A stretch of 64,000 bases of DNA from an uncultured Pseudomonadales bacterium (GTDB lineage Bacteria; Patescibacteriota; Microgenomatia; UBA1400; MFAQ01). Both the position numbers and the translations under genes were made by a program. This document shows, in pieces, positions 56,374 to 64,000 of this stretch. Location of the stretch: contig CAZYOB010000001.1 in assembly GCA_964648275.1 (NCBI GenBank), positions 1,443 through 65,442 of the forward strand, given 5' to 3'. The first letter of the stretch is position 1. The number at the start of each line of letters is the position of its first letter. Under the pieces are notes generated by a model. That model was not told the origin of the DNA. It did no database searches and saw nothing but the letters and a program-made list of their open reading frames with translations.

Positions 56374-57735
56374 ATGGAAAAAGAGAGGGCGGTCAGAATT
56401 TTTAATTTGTCAGAAGATGTCTGGCCTTTTATTGAATCAATGGGAGACGAGAGGGCAAAAAGACTGGAAATAGAAGAGAATGCCGACTTGTCCGACCGTG
56501 ATCTGTATTCAATGGCCGAGGAATTTGAATTTACCTTTATCTCACCCAGAGAGATCAGCGCCGAATTCATCGATTATTTCAAGAAATTGTGCATGGTCAG
56601 AGAGCTGGAGATCTTGGTACCGAAGACACATAGCGGTCAACTGTGCGAGGACGCTCTAAATGATAAACGGGTGATGAAAAGATTGGTTGAGCTAGGAAAA
56701 ACCCACAAAAGATTGAGCTTGTCCTCATATTCAACAACGGCAAGTTTTTTGAAATTAGTGGAGAAATTAATAGAGAAGGGAGTGGAAGTAGTCACCCCCG
56801 CAGCACCGGAAGAAGAAAACGCCTGGACAGTCAATTTCTATGGAAGTAAGTCAGGAATCAGACAGCTGACGCAAATAAACGGGGCGATACGGTCTGACCT
56901 CAAAATGCCCAATGGAGTGATCAGTTCAGGGGTCACCGACACAGCAAGGATTGCTGCGAATAAGTATGTTAAAGAAGGCGGAGTGGTAATCAAGGCAAAC
57001 AAAGGTCATTCAGGGATGGGAGTATTGATCTTCCGCAAAGGAGATCTGCCAAAAAAGTACGAGGTATGTGAAAAAAAGATCTTCGATATATTAAAGATGG
57101 ATGCATATTGGGAAAAGTTCCCTGTGGTGGTAGAGTCGCTGGTTGCACCAAATCCCAGAATTGGTGGAGGATTCCCAAACGCAGAATTTTTAATCAAAAA
57201 AAACGGAGAGGTGAAGTTTTTGTATAGCTGTGGAATGAGAGTAGACAGACAGGGTGTTTTTGGAGGAGTTGAAATCAGTGAAGATGTTTTGCCGAAGAGA
57301 GTGGCATCTAGAATAACCGACATTGGTTATTTAATCGGTGAGCAGTATGCCAAGGATGGTTACCGGGGTTTTTATGACGTCGATTTTATTGCCGAGCGGG
57401 GCGGAGAGGTATATGTCAGTGAGTCGAATGTGAGAGTAACCGGAGGAACCCATGTATATCAGGCCGCGATTGAGTTAGCCGGGCGGAATTTTACCAAAAA
57501 ATCCTGTGTACTTTCCGACAATATGTATAAGATCCCGAGAAAGAAAAAATATGCTTTCGGAGAATTGAAAAAATTGATGTCGCCGATCCTATATTCCAGA
57601 AAAACCAAGGAGGGAGTGGTGATCGCGTCGGAAAGTCTGCTTTCCAAGGGAAAATTGGCTTACATCATTATTGGAAAAAACAAACGAAGGGCAGAAATGA
57701 TCGAGGAAGAGATGAAAAAGATATTACTCAAGTGA
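56374..57735 (+). CDS. ATP-grasp domain protein of unknown specificity
   Basis: 'VVIKANKGHSGMGV' (ATP-binding Lys plus Gly loop) and 'VSESNVRVTGGTH' (metal-binding E.N). The ~160-aa N-terminal region is unassigned. Start has an AAAGGA RBS. Confidence 0.55.
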   Translation: MEKERAVRIFNLSEDVWPFIESMGDERAKRLEIEENADLSDRDLYSMAEEFEFTFISPREISAEFIDYFKKLCMVRELEILVPKTHSGQLCEDALNDKRVMKRLVELGKTHKRLSLSSYSTTASFLKLVEKLIEKGVEVVTPAAPEEENAWTVNFYGSKSGIRQLTQINGAIRSDLKMPNGVISSGVTDTARIAANKYVKEGGVVIKANKGHSGMGVLIFRKGDLPKKYEVCEKKIFDILKMDAYWEKFPVVVESLVAPNPRIGGGFPNAEFLIKKNGEVKFLYSCGMRVDRQGVFGGVEISEDVLPKRVASRITDIGYLIGEQYAKDGYRGFYDVDFIAERGGEVYVSESNVRVTGGTHVYQAAIELAGRNFTKKSCVLSDNMYKIPRKKKYAFGELKKLMSPILYSRKTKEGVVIASESLLSKGKLAYIIIGKNKRRAEMIEEEMKKILLK

Positions 57736-58821
57736 TCACCACTTAGGTAAGAATTGTTTGATGTTTTCCTGAGTGAGATGAACAGTGAAAGTCTGGTCGG
57801 TAACTACAAGGAAGGCTACTTTCCTGACAATACCTTCAATAGTGCGGCCAAGGGTACGGATACCTGAGTCATAACCTAAGGGACGGATTATCTGTGGCCA
57901 GAGAGCAGGGTCGATGGTGATGACCGATGGGTCCATACCAGCCTCCCTGAGTGCTTTGGGGAGAAGAAATTCCTGAGCAATGTGGGTTTTCTCGTCGTCG
58001 GTGTATGAGGGCATTTGAATCGGTTCAAGACGGTCCATAACGGCTGTGGCCAGGTTGCCGGTGTTGTTAGCAGTGGCAATGAACAGGACTTCAGACAGAT
58101 CAACCGGGTAATCAATGAAGTGGTCCAAGAAACGATTGTTTTGAGTCGGGTCCAATAGCTCGACTAATACTCCCATAATGTCCATACGAGCTTCTTCGGT
58201 AACACGGTCAATTTCATCCAGAAGGATGATCGGGTTTTTAACTCCAGAATCACAGAGGGCACGAACAACATAACCAGGTTCAGCTTCAATATGAAGTCGG
58301 GACTGACCACGAAGATCTCTGGCGGATCCAAGACCACCGAAAGGAATACGGGCGATAGGCCGACCAAGAGCATCTGAAAGAGCATAGGCAAAGGTAGTTT
58401 TTCCGGTACCAACCAAACCGACGAGACAAATGATAGGTGCTCGAGCGACTCCGAGATTCTTTGAAGATCTAAGCTTCAAGACAGACATGTATTCAATAAT
58501 GCGGTCCTTGACCATGTCCATACCATAATGACTCTTGTCCATTGAGGCGCGAATGGCGGTCAGATCGATGGGTCGCTCCACTCTTTTCGTCCAAGGAACT
58601 TTAATAATCCAGTCCAGATAATGACCAATCTTCTCGAATTCTTCCGAATAGAACCCTTGAGAGAACATGCGCTCGAGACGAGCTATCTGATTCTGAATAT
58701 CTTCTTTCAATTCAGGAGGAATCTCAACCGAGTTGAGCTTGCTGTTTAAGACCTCGAGGTCTCTGGCTGCGGCCGTAGTTGAGGATTTGGCAGGATCGTC
58801 CATTAGATTCATTATAAACAA
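57736..58821 (-). CDS. Lon-family AAA+ ATPase module without protease or LonN domains
   Basis: Tracks Lon closely in 'YLDWIIKVPWTK...DKSHYGMDMVKDRIIEYM'. Walker A GLVGTGKTT, Walker B ILLDEIDRV, sensor 'ATANN'. No Ser-Lys protease domain in the 361 aa. Confidence 0.6.
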   Translation of the reverse strand: MFIMNLMDDPAKSSTTAAARDLEVLNSKLNSVEIPPELKEDIQNQIARLERMFSQGFYSEEFEKIGHYLDWIIKVPWTKRVERPIDLTAIRASMDKSHYGMDMVKDRIIEYMSVLKLRSSKNLGVARAPIICLVGLVGTGKTTFAYALSDALGRPIARIPFGGLGSARDLRGQSRLHIEAEPGYVVRALCDSGVKNPIILLDEIDRVTEEARMDIMGVLVELLDPTQNNRFLDHFIDYPVDLSEVLFIATANNTGNLATAVMDRLEPIQMPSYTDDEKTHIAQEFLLPKALREAGMDPSVITIDPALWPQIIRPLGYDSGIRTLGRTIEGIVRKVAFLVVTDQTFTVHLTQENIKQFLPKW

Positions 58822-58849
58822 AAAAACGGGTAGCTGGGCTACCCGTTCA
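58818..58849 (-). terminator. Rho-independent terminator
   Basis: On the minus strand: AACGGGTAGC-CCA-GCTACCCGTT followed by TTTTTTT. Confidence 0.55.
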
Positions 58850-58883
58850 AGGTCTTACTTGGAGACCGAGGATTCAGAGAAGA

Positions 58884-59324
58884 TCAAGGATAATTAGCGA
58901 TCATATACCCGAATCCAAAGAGCAAGATGCCGAAGATTGAGACAAAGATGATACACAAAAACCAATCAGAGGCACTTTGGTGGATTGTGATACTGACTGG
59001 GTTCTCAGAAACAATGTTGTAGTCTGTTCCGAAACCATCTTGAACAGTCCATCGGTTTCCATCCAAACTTCCCTTTCCGGAAAAGTTGTCTCCCGTGATA
59101 GGCTGCCCATCTACATAGGTATTGCCTGAAGAAATTCGAAAATAACCTACTCCGGAGGCAGAGATTTGGTAGGAGTCAGCGCCGGAAACTTCAACCCAAT
59201 CACCCTCTCCGGCCGTAAAATTCAAAAATGTGCCTGCTTGAGTATGCGGATTGAGAGTTAAATAGCAAACAAAGACTGCAGTAAGAACAAGCAGGAAACC
59301 CCAAATGAACAAACCTTTATTCAT
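58884..59324 (-). CDS. Hypothetical bitopic protein (N- and C-terminal TM)
   Basis: Same topology as ORF 32572..33039, with a Gly/Ser-rich ectodomain. Confidence 0.4.
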   Translation of the reverse strand: MNKGLFIWGFLLVLTAVFVCYLTLNPHTQAGTFLNFTAGEGDWVEVSGADSYQISASGVGYFRISSGNTYVDGQPITGDNFSGKGSLDGNRWTVQDGFGTDYNIVSENPVSITIHQSASDWFLCIIFVSIFGILLFGFGYMIANYP

Positions 59325-59511
59325 AATCTCTCCTTGTTACTGTGTTACTGTTGGTAAAGTACGATGAGGAATTATACTACAGGATTAATTACGTACTGGT
59401 GTGCATGAATAAGGACCTCAAAACCTGCCTAACCAGGTTTCGATAGCTGTTCACGGGAAATACACACCAGTAAAGTCTGTTAAGTTTGGGAACAGTCCGA
59501 TTCAAATTGTC

Positions 59512-61674
59512 TTAGCGATTGTCGCGGAAGCGTTTGAAGGGAGGTCTACCTCCACCTCCACCGCCTTGGAATCGACGTTCACCGCCGCCTTCACCTTCTC
59601 TGCGTGGTTGAGGAGGAACAGGTCTTTCACCCTCTTTGAGAGTGGTGAGGTTAACCCTGCCCAGGTCATCGACATCGCGAACGCGGACTTCAAGTTTGTC
59701 TCCAACCTTGAGAGCTTTAAAAGCTTCAGGATAGATTTGAGAGATGTGAACCAGACCATCTTTACCAGGAAGGATGTTGACGAAGGCTCCAAAAGCTTCA
59801 ATACGGGCAACCGAACCTTGGTAAGTAGCTCCGATTTCAGCTTCGGCTACGAGGCTGTCAATGTAAGCCCTGGCTCCATCCACCTTGGCTTGGTCGATAC
59901 CGGCTACAGTAATAGTGCCGTCTTCCTCAACATTGACTTCTACTTCGAAATCTTCCTGAATACCACGGATGACCTTGCCACCCGAACCAATAACATCTCC
60001 AATGCGATCTTCGGGAACTTTGGTGCTGACTATTTTGGGTGCGTATTGAGACAGAGCAGAGCGAGGCTCCTTGATGACAGCAATCATCTTTTCCAAGATG
60101 GTCAGTCTGCCACTTTTTGCTTGGGTAATAGCTTCACCCAAGACTTCAGCGTTGATACCAGTGACTTTAACATCCATTTGGAGAGCGGTGATACCATCGG
60201 CCGTTCCAGAAACTTTGAAATCCATATCACCCAAATGATCCTCCAGACCACAAATGTCGGTTAGGGTAATATTTTTTTCACCTTCACTGATAAGGCCCAT
60301 GGCCACACCAGCAACAGGTTTCTTGATGGGGACACCGGCGTCCATAAGAGCCAATGTTGATCCACAAACAGAACCTTGGGAGGTTGAGCCGTTTGAACTG
60401 AGAACTTCGGATACAACACGGATAGCGTAGGGGAATTCTTGCTGATCAGGAAGAACTGGGATAAGGGCTTTCTCTGCGAGAGCACCGTGACCGATTTCTC
60501 TTCTGCCTGTACCAGGTCTACCAACTTCACCCGAGGCGTAACCCGGCATATTGTAGTGATGCATATAGCGTTTGGTGGCTTCACCTTTCATACCATCAAT
60601 GGTCTGTTCTCTGGCGGGAGAGGCTAGGGTGACGACCGAGAGTACGTGAGTGAGACCTCTTTGGAAGAAACCTGAACCGTGGGTGCGGGGAAGAAGTCCG
60701 ACTTCAACGTTTATCTGGCGAACCTCATCCAATTTACGGCCATCCGGACGGTCCGATTTGTCCAAAATTTGCCTGCGGGCAAGGTTACGAAGAAGCTCGT
60801 CGGCAATGGCATAAATATCATTAGGATTGAATTCGGGGTGAGCTAGGGCAATATCCGCGACAAGTTGTGACATTTGAGTGCCGGTTTTGAGAGCCTCATT
60901 TTTGAGGATCTCGGAGAGATCACCGAGTTCTTTTTCCACAATTTCACGGACTTCACCGGGAATCTCTTTGGGAGTAAGGGAGATTTTTTCCTTACCATGT
61001 TCTTTAGCGAAATCTGCGATGGCTTGGGCAACCTGATCGGAGAAACCCTGAGCAAATTTTAGAGCTTCGATCATTTTTTCTTCGGAAACTTCTTTTGCAC
61101 CAGATTCGACCATGGCGATGCCACCCTTGGGACCGGAAACTACCAGGTCTAGAGCAGACAGAGCTTTTTGTTCGTTGGTGGGGTTAACAATAAATTCTCC
61201 TTCAGGAGTCATACCTACACGGACGGCACCGACGGGGCCGAGCCATGGGTAGTGAGAAATAGATGCAGCTGCGGAAGCGGCGATGACGGCCAAGATCTCC
61301 GGCTCTTCGACTCCATCAATGGAGAGAGGAGAGATCATGATCTGGACATCATTCCTTGAGGATTGATCGAAAAGAGGGCGAAGGGATCTGTCGACCAAAC
61401 GACCGGTGAGAACTTCATTCTCAGAGGGTCGACCTTCTCTTTTTACGAATCTGCTGGAGCTGATTACGCCTCCGGCGTAAAGCTTCTCCTGATATTCGAT
61501 GGAAAGAGGAAAGTAATCGATACCTTCTCTAACTTTGCTGGCGGTAAACGCTGCCAGAACCATGGTATCGCCACAGCGGACTGTGACTGCTCCTGATGCC
61601 TGGGCGCCAAAACGGCCAGTTTCTATAGTAATGTTTTTACCATTAAGGTTAATGGTGGTGGTGGGATAGGTCAT
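59512..61674 (-). CDS. pnp: Polyribonucleotide nucleotidyltransferase (PNPase) with Gly/Arg-rich C-terminal tail
   Basis: Two RNase PH domains, KH, S1, then 'RREGEGGGERRFQGGGGGGRPPFKRFR'. Confidence 0.9.
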   Translation of the reverse strand: MTYPTTTINLNGKNITIETGRFGAQASGAVTVRCGDTMVLAAFTASKVREGIDYFPLSIEYQEKLYAGGVISSSRFVKREGRPSENEVLTGRLVDRSLRPLFDQSSRNDVQIMISPLSIDGVEEPEILAVIAASAAASISHYPWLGPVGAVRVGMTPEGEFIVNPTNEQKALSALDLVVSGPKGGIAMVESGAKEVSEEKMIEALKFAQGFSDQVAQAIADFAKEHGKEKISLTPKEIPGEVREIVEKELGDLSEILKNEALKTGTQMSQLVADIALAHPEFNPNDIYAIADELLRNLARRQILDKSDRPDGRKLDEVRQINVEVGLLPRTHGSGFFQRGLTHVLSVVTLASPAREQTIDGMKGEATKRYMHHYNMPGYASGEVGRPGTGRREIGHGALAEKALIPVLPDQQEFPYAIRVVSEVLSSNGSTSQGSVCGSTLALMDAGVPIKKPVAGVAMGLISEGEKNITLTDICGLEDHLGDMDFKVSGTADGITALQMDVKVTGINAEVLGEAITQAKSGRLTILEKMIAVIKEPRSALSQYAPKIVSTKVPEDRIGDVIGSGGKVIRGIQEDFEVEVNVEEDGTITVAGIDQAKVDGARAYIDSLVAEAEIGATYQGSVARIEAFGAFVNILPGKDGLVHISQIYPEAFKALKVGDKLEVRVRDVDDLGRVNLTTLKEGERPVPPQPRREGEGGGERRFQGGGGGGRPPFKRFRDNR

Positions 61675-61777
61675 GCCTTTTCCTTTCGTTGTGCGGCGCG
61701 AAGCTTGGATCTTGAGAAGAAAACAGAAAATACCCTCGCCTCTCCTGAGACGGATATGCTCTATTTACTCCTCAAGC

Positions 61778-62068
61778 TTATTTAGCCGAGTCGCGCAGTT
61801 GACTGCTGATTTTTAATGTTTTTGTAATATCTAAATAGTCGGTAGGATTGGATTTTCCAAGGTAGTTTAGGAGGCGGCGTCTCTTAGAGATGATCTTGAG
61901 AAGGCCACGGCGTGAGTGGTTGTCCTTTTTGTGGACCTTGAGATGGTTGGTCAATTCGTCGATCTGAGAAGTAAGAAGGGCGATCTGGACGCGAGGAGAA
62001 CCAGTGTCTTTTTCACTGGCGGCGAATTTTTTAATGATGTCGATTTTTGTATCTGATTTTAGAGCCAT
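61778..62068 (-). CDS. rpsO: 30S ribosomal protein S15
   Basis: Start set at MALKSDTK (ATG at 62066-62068). '[27 protein letters not shown]' signature. Confidence 0.85.
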   Translation of the reverse strand: MALKSDTKIDIIKKFAASEKDTGSPRVQIALLTSQIDELTNHLKVHKKDNHSRRGLLKIISKRRRLLNYLGKSNPTDYLDITKTLKISSQLRDSAK

Positions 62069-62116
62069 ATTCAGGTGGTATTGTAACAGAAGTGGGTAAA
62101 TTTTACCACAAGATAT

Positions 62117-62145
62117 CAAAAAAGCCCCGGGTATTAGCCGGGGCC
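62117..62145 (-). terminator. Rho-independent terminator
   Basis: On the minus strand: GCCCCGG-CTAATAC-CCGGGGC followed by TTTTTT. Confidence 0.55.
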
Positions 62146-62158
62146 GGGTGGTTACGTT

Positions 62159-62566
62159 TTAGAGAGGTTGGACCGAAGCGATGACGTTATCCAGCACCAT
62201 GCGTAAATGCGCCTCGATACTCGCTTCCATTTTCAGCCATTGAGCCATTGTCGAAAGGATGACAATATCCAGCTCCTGCTCCATCACCAGCTGAGGCAGT
62301 GCCTTAAAAGGCTCGCCGCAGATGATGACAAAGAAGCCTCCGAGTACGATCTGGAAACCGCGTTCCTGTTTGTAAACGATTAGTATCTTGGAGGGCTTGC
62401 CGTTTTTCAAAGGGTCAGAACTGAAGTAAACATAGGGGTACCAAATTCCAGACTGTTCGTTTTGAGAGAAGCCAACCGAATACTCAGCGCTTTTGTGGAG
62501 TCGCGGAGTCATTTCCTCGAACCGGATGGCGGCTTCCTCGAGCTCGTAGTCGAATATTTTGCTCAT
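62159..62566 (-). CDS. Hypothetical protein
   Basis: 135-aa ORF with no recognisable motif. Confidence 0.35.
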   Translation of the reverse strand: MSKIFDYELEEAAIRFEEMTPRLHKSAEYSVGFSQNEQSGIWYPYVYFSSDPLKNGKPSKILIVYKQERGFQIVLGGFFVIICGEPFKALPQLVMEQELDIVILSTMAQWLKMEASIEAHLRMVLDNVIASVQPL

Positions 62567-62646
62567 GACAACCTCCTTAAGTTATCAATAAAATAATTTA
62601 AGGTTCAATCGGGATATTATGGGCTATTGGAGGCTAATAGTCAAGA

Positions 62647-63261
62647 TTACTGCTGAAGTAGGTTAAGGTAGGCCGACTTACTTCCACCTAGAGTAAAGTT
62701 CTTTTCATCGACTGTTTTTATACCTGAGAATGACATCGCCGTTTTTTCTATTGAAGATAAGAACTGAGCATGACCACAACTGCTATTGGCGCCTGATTTG
62801 ACGGCTTCGAGGGCAGCGGGTCGGTTGAAGTCGAGATAGACGATACCATTTTTGACGTTCACCGATTTCAGAAGATCGGTGGTGGTTGAGGAAAAAACCG
62901 ATCTATATCCGAATGCCTGCTCTTGTTCGGTTGGACCTTGGAACAGGAGATCGAGGGCGGTTCTAAGAGGAACGTTGGTGACAGAAATTTGTCTTTTTAC
63001 AGGAAAAACCGCGGAGCAGCTGGCAGCATTGGAGTTGAAAAGGATATTGTCGAAGTAAAGCGTAAGGATGACTTTTCCATCTGTTGGAGTAGGGTCCGGT
63101 ATCCCTGAGGGAGTGGGTGTGGGAGTAACTGTGACAACAGGTCGTGTGGTAACAGGCTTGGGAGAAAATCTTCCAAGGGTAAACCCTAAACCGAAACCCA
63201 AAATTAGAGTTGCCAAACAAGCAAGAAAACAGTGAAAAAGAGGGAGGCGATAAACGGCCAT
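62647..63261 (-). CDS. GerMN-domain protein (secreted/anchored)
   Basis: N-terminal TM, Pro/Thr linker, then GerMN-like 'LYFDN...PVKRQ...ALDLLFQGPTEQE...GIVYLDFN'. Confidence 0.5.
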   Translation of the reverse strand: MAVYRLPLFHCFLACLATLILGFGLGFTLGRFSPKPVTTRPVVTVTPTPTPSGIPDPTPTDGKVILTLYFDNILFNSNAASCSAVFPVKRQISVTNVPLRTALDLLFQGPTEQEQAFGYRSVFSSTTTDLLKSVNVKNGIVYLDFNRPAALEAVKSGANSSCGHAQFLSSIEKTAMSFSGIKTVDEKNFTLGGSKSAYLNLLQQ

Positions 63262-63273
63262 GACTTAATAATA

Positions 63274-64000
63274 CTATTTCGCAGACGGGTCTTCACCGAC
63301 ACGAAAGATCTTGGGCTTTTTCCAGTCAGAAGGAACTGGTCCCGTTTCTTCTTCAGAAGTATCATCGGAAGCGACAGGTAGGGCGAGAGGAGATTCGAAG
63401 AAAGGTGGTTGAGAGAATTTCGGGAAGTGAGCCTGTTGATTTGGAAGGTGACCACCAGATTTCATCAAGAAGGAGAGGCTGGAGAATGTATCAGCCGTAA
63501 TTTTGCTTGAAGAAAGACTTTGGGTGCTTTCAAAAATTCCGAAAATCAGGTTATTGGCTGCGTCTTGGGAGGGAGTGATACCAGCTTTCTCGAGAAGCAT
63601 GGAGACGAGCTCGGCATATGAGGGGATAAATAAATGGAGTTGGTTATCGGTAAAGGACGATGGCCTGGGAGAAATGTTAAGACTGAGAATATTTGCCTCG
63701 TCAAGAAAGGTTTTTTCTTCAGAGTAGATGGCACCCAACTCTTCCAGAGAGTTGACACCGATAACAACGACAAGGTCAGCTTCGGCACCTGAATAGGAAA
63801 ATTTGGCGCAAGAGACGTCGGGGATGGGTGCACTCTCTTTGGGTTTGATGACAAGATAAAACTTGCCGTCCTCCCGGACGTCGTAGTCGACCTTATCGAG
63901 ATAATCTTCTTTATAGTCAAAGGAAATTATAAGATTACGGCTACCTACAGTATCGCTGATTTTTTCTACACCCTGGATCTTTGAATTGACATGAATCTGA
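63274..64000 (-). CDS. Partial CDS (5' end beyond window); possible DHH/DHHA1 phosphoesterase C-terminal region
   Basis: On the minus strand the frame is open continuously from the window edge to a stop at 63274. A 'GGH' motif ('MKSGGHLP') is reminiscent of DHHA1. The two track ORFs here are fragments of this frame or an alternative frame. Confidence 0.35.
   Translation of the reverse strand, partial: QIHVNSKIQGVEKISDTVGSRNLIISFDYKEDYLDKVDYDVREDGKFYLVIKPKESAPIPDVSCAKFSYSGAEADLVVVIGVNSLEELGAIYSEEKTFLDEANILSLNISPRPSSFTDNQLHLFIPSYAELVSMLLEKAGITPSQDAANNLIFGIFESTQSLSSSKITADTFSSLSFLMKSGGHLPNQQAHFPKFSQPPFFESPLALPVASDDTSEEETGPVPSDWKKPKIFRVGEDPSAK

Noticed and set aside
57728-57745. AAGTG-ATCAC-CACTT palindrome at the ATP-grasp / Lon-like gene junction as a terminator
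   Set aside because: The stem is only 5 bp and there is no U-tract on either strand. It is more likely coincidental overlap of two stop codons.
63546-63920. 124-aa minus ORF in an alternative frame
   Set aside because: A different minus-strand frame is open continuously from the window edge to 63274 and absorbs the 63274..63738 ORF. The alternative-frame ORF is Ser/Thr/Pro-rich low complexity.

Overview
The window looks like a compact housekeeping stretch from a small-genome, low-GC bacterium that uses the standard genetic code. Nearly everything is on the minus strand. From low to high coordinate it holds miaA-miaB-hup-rny, recX-recA and a tRNA-Pro(GGG). After a few accessory genes comes a long ribosomal-protein supercluster (rpsI-rplM joined to rplQ-rpoA-rpsD-rpsK-rpsM-rpmJ-infA-map-adk-secY, then the spc and S10 operons), followed by tuf-fusA, then rpsG-rpsL, rpoC-rpoB, mltG-ruvX-alaS, rodZ-like-ftsK, rnj, pnp-rpsO, and a 5'-partial gene at the right edge. 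rplO follows rpsE directly, so there is no L30 gene; this, and several reduced proteins, are consistent with, but do not prove, a Candidate Phyla Radiation/Patescibacteria origin. I found no CRISPR array, transposase, integrase or rRNA.

The candidates worth a second look are all insertions into otherwise conserved neighbourhoods. The first is a ~4.5 kb island that splits rpsL-rpsG from fusA-tuf. It carries a RelE/YafQ-like toxin translationally coupled to an atypical HAD-like upstream partner, and each of its genes has its own terminator. The second is a sortase plus a 741-aa protein (actin-like cytoplasmic domain, one TM, large ectodomain) wedged into the alaS-ruvX-mltG cluster. At the far left edge there is also a repeat-containing surface protein with a PETG-type C-terminal anchor. 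The third is a Cys-rich secreted protein, fenced off by a terminator, between rplO and secY. The fourth is an ATP-grasp enzyme (the only long plus-strand gene) convergent with an orphan Lon-like AAA+ module that has no protease domain.

All calls rest on reading the translated ORFs and the DNA by eye; no database searches were run.
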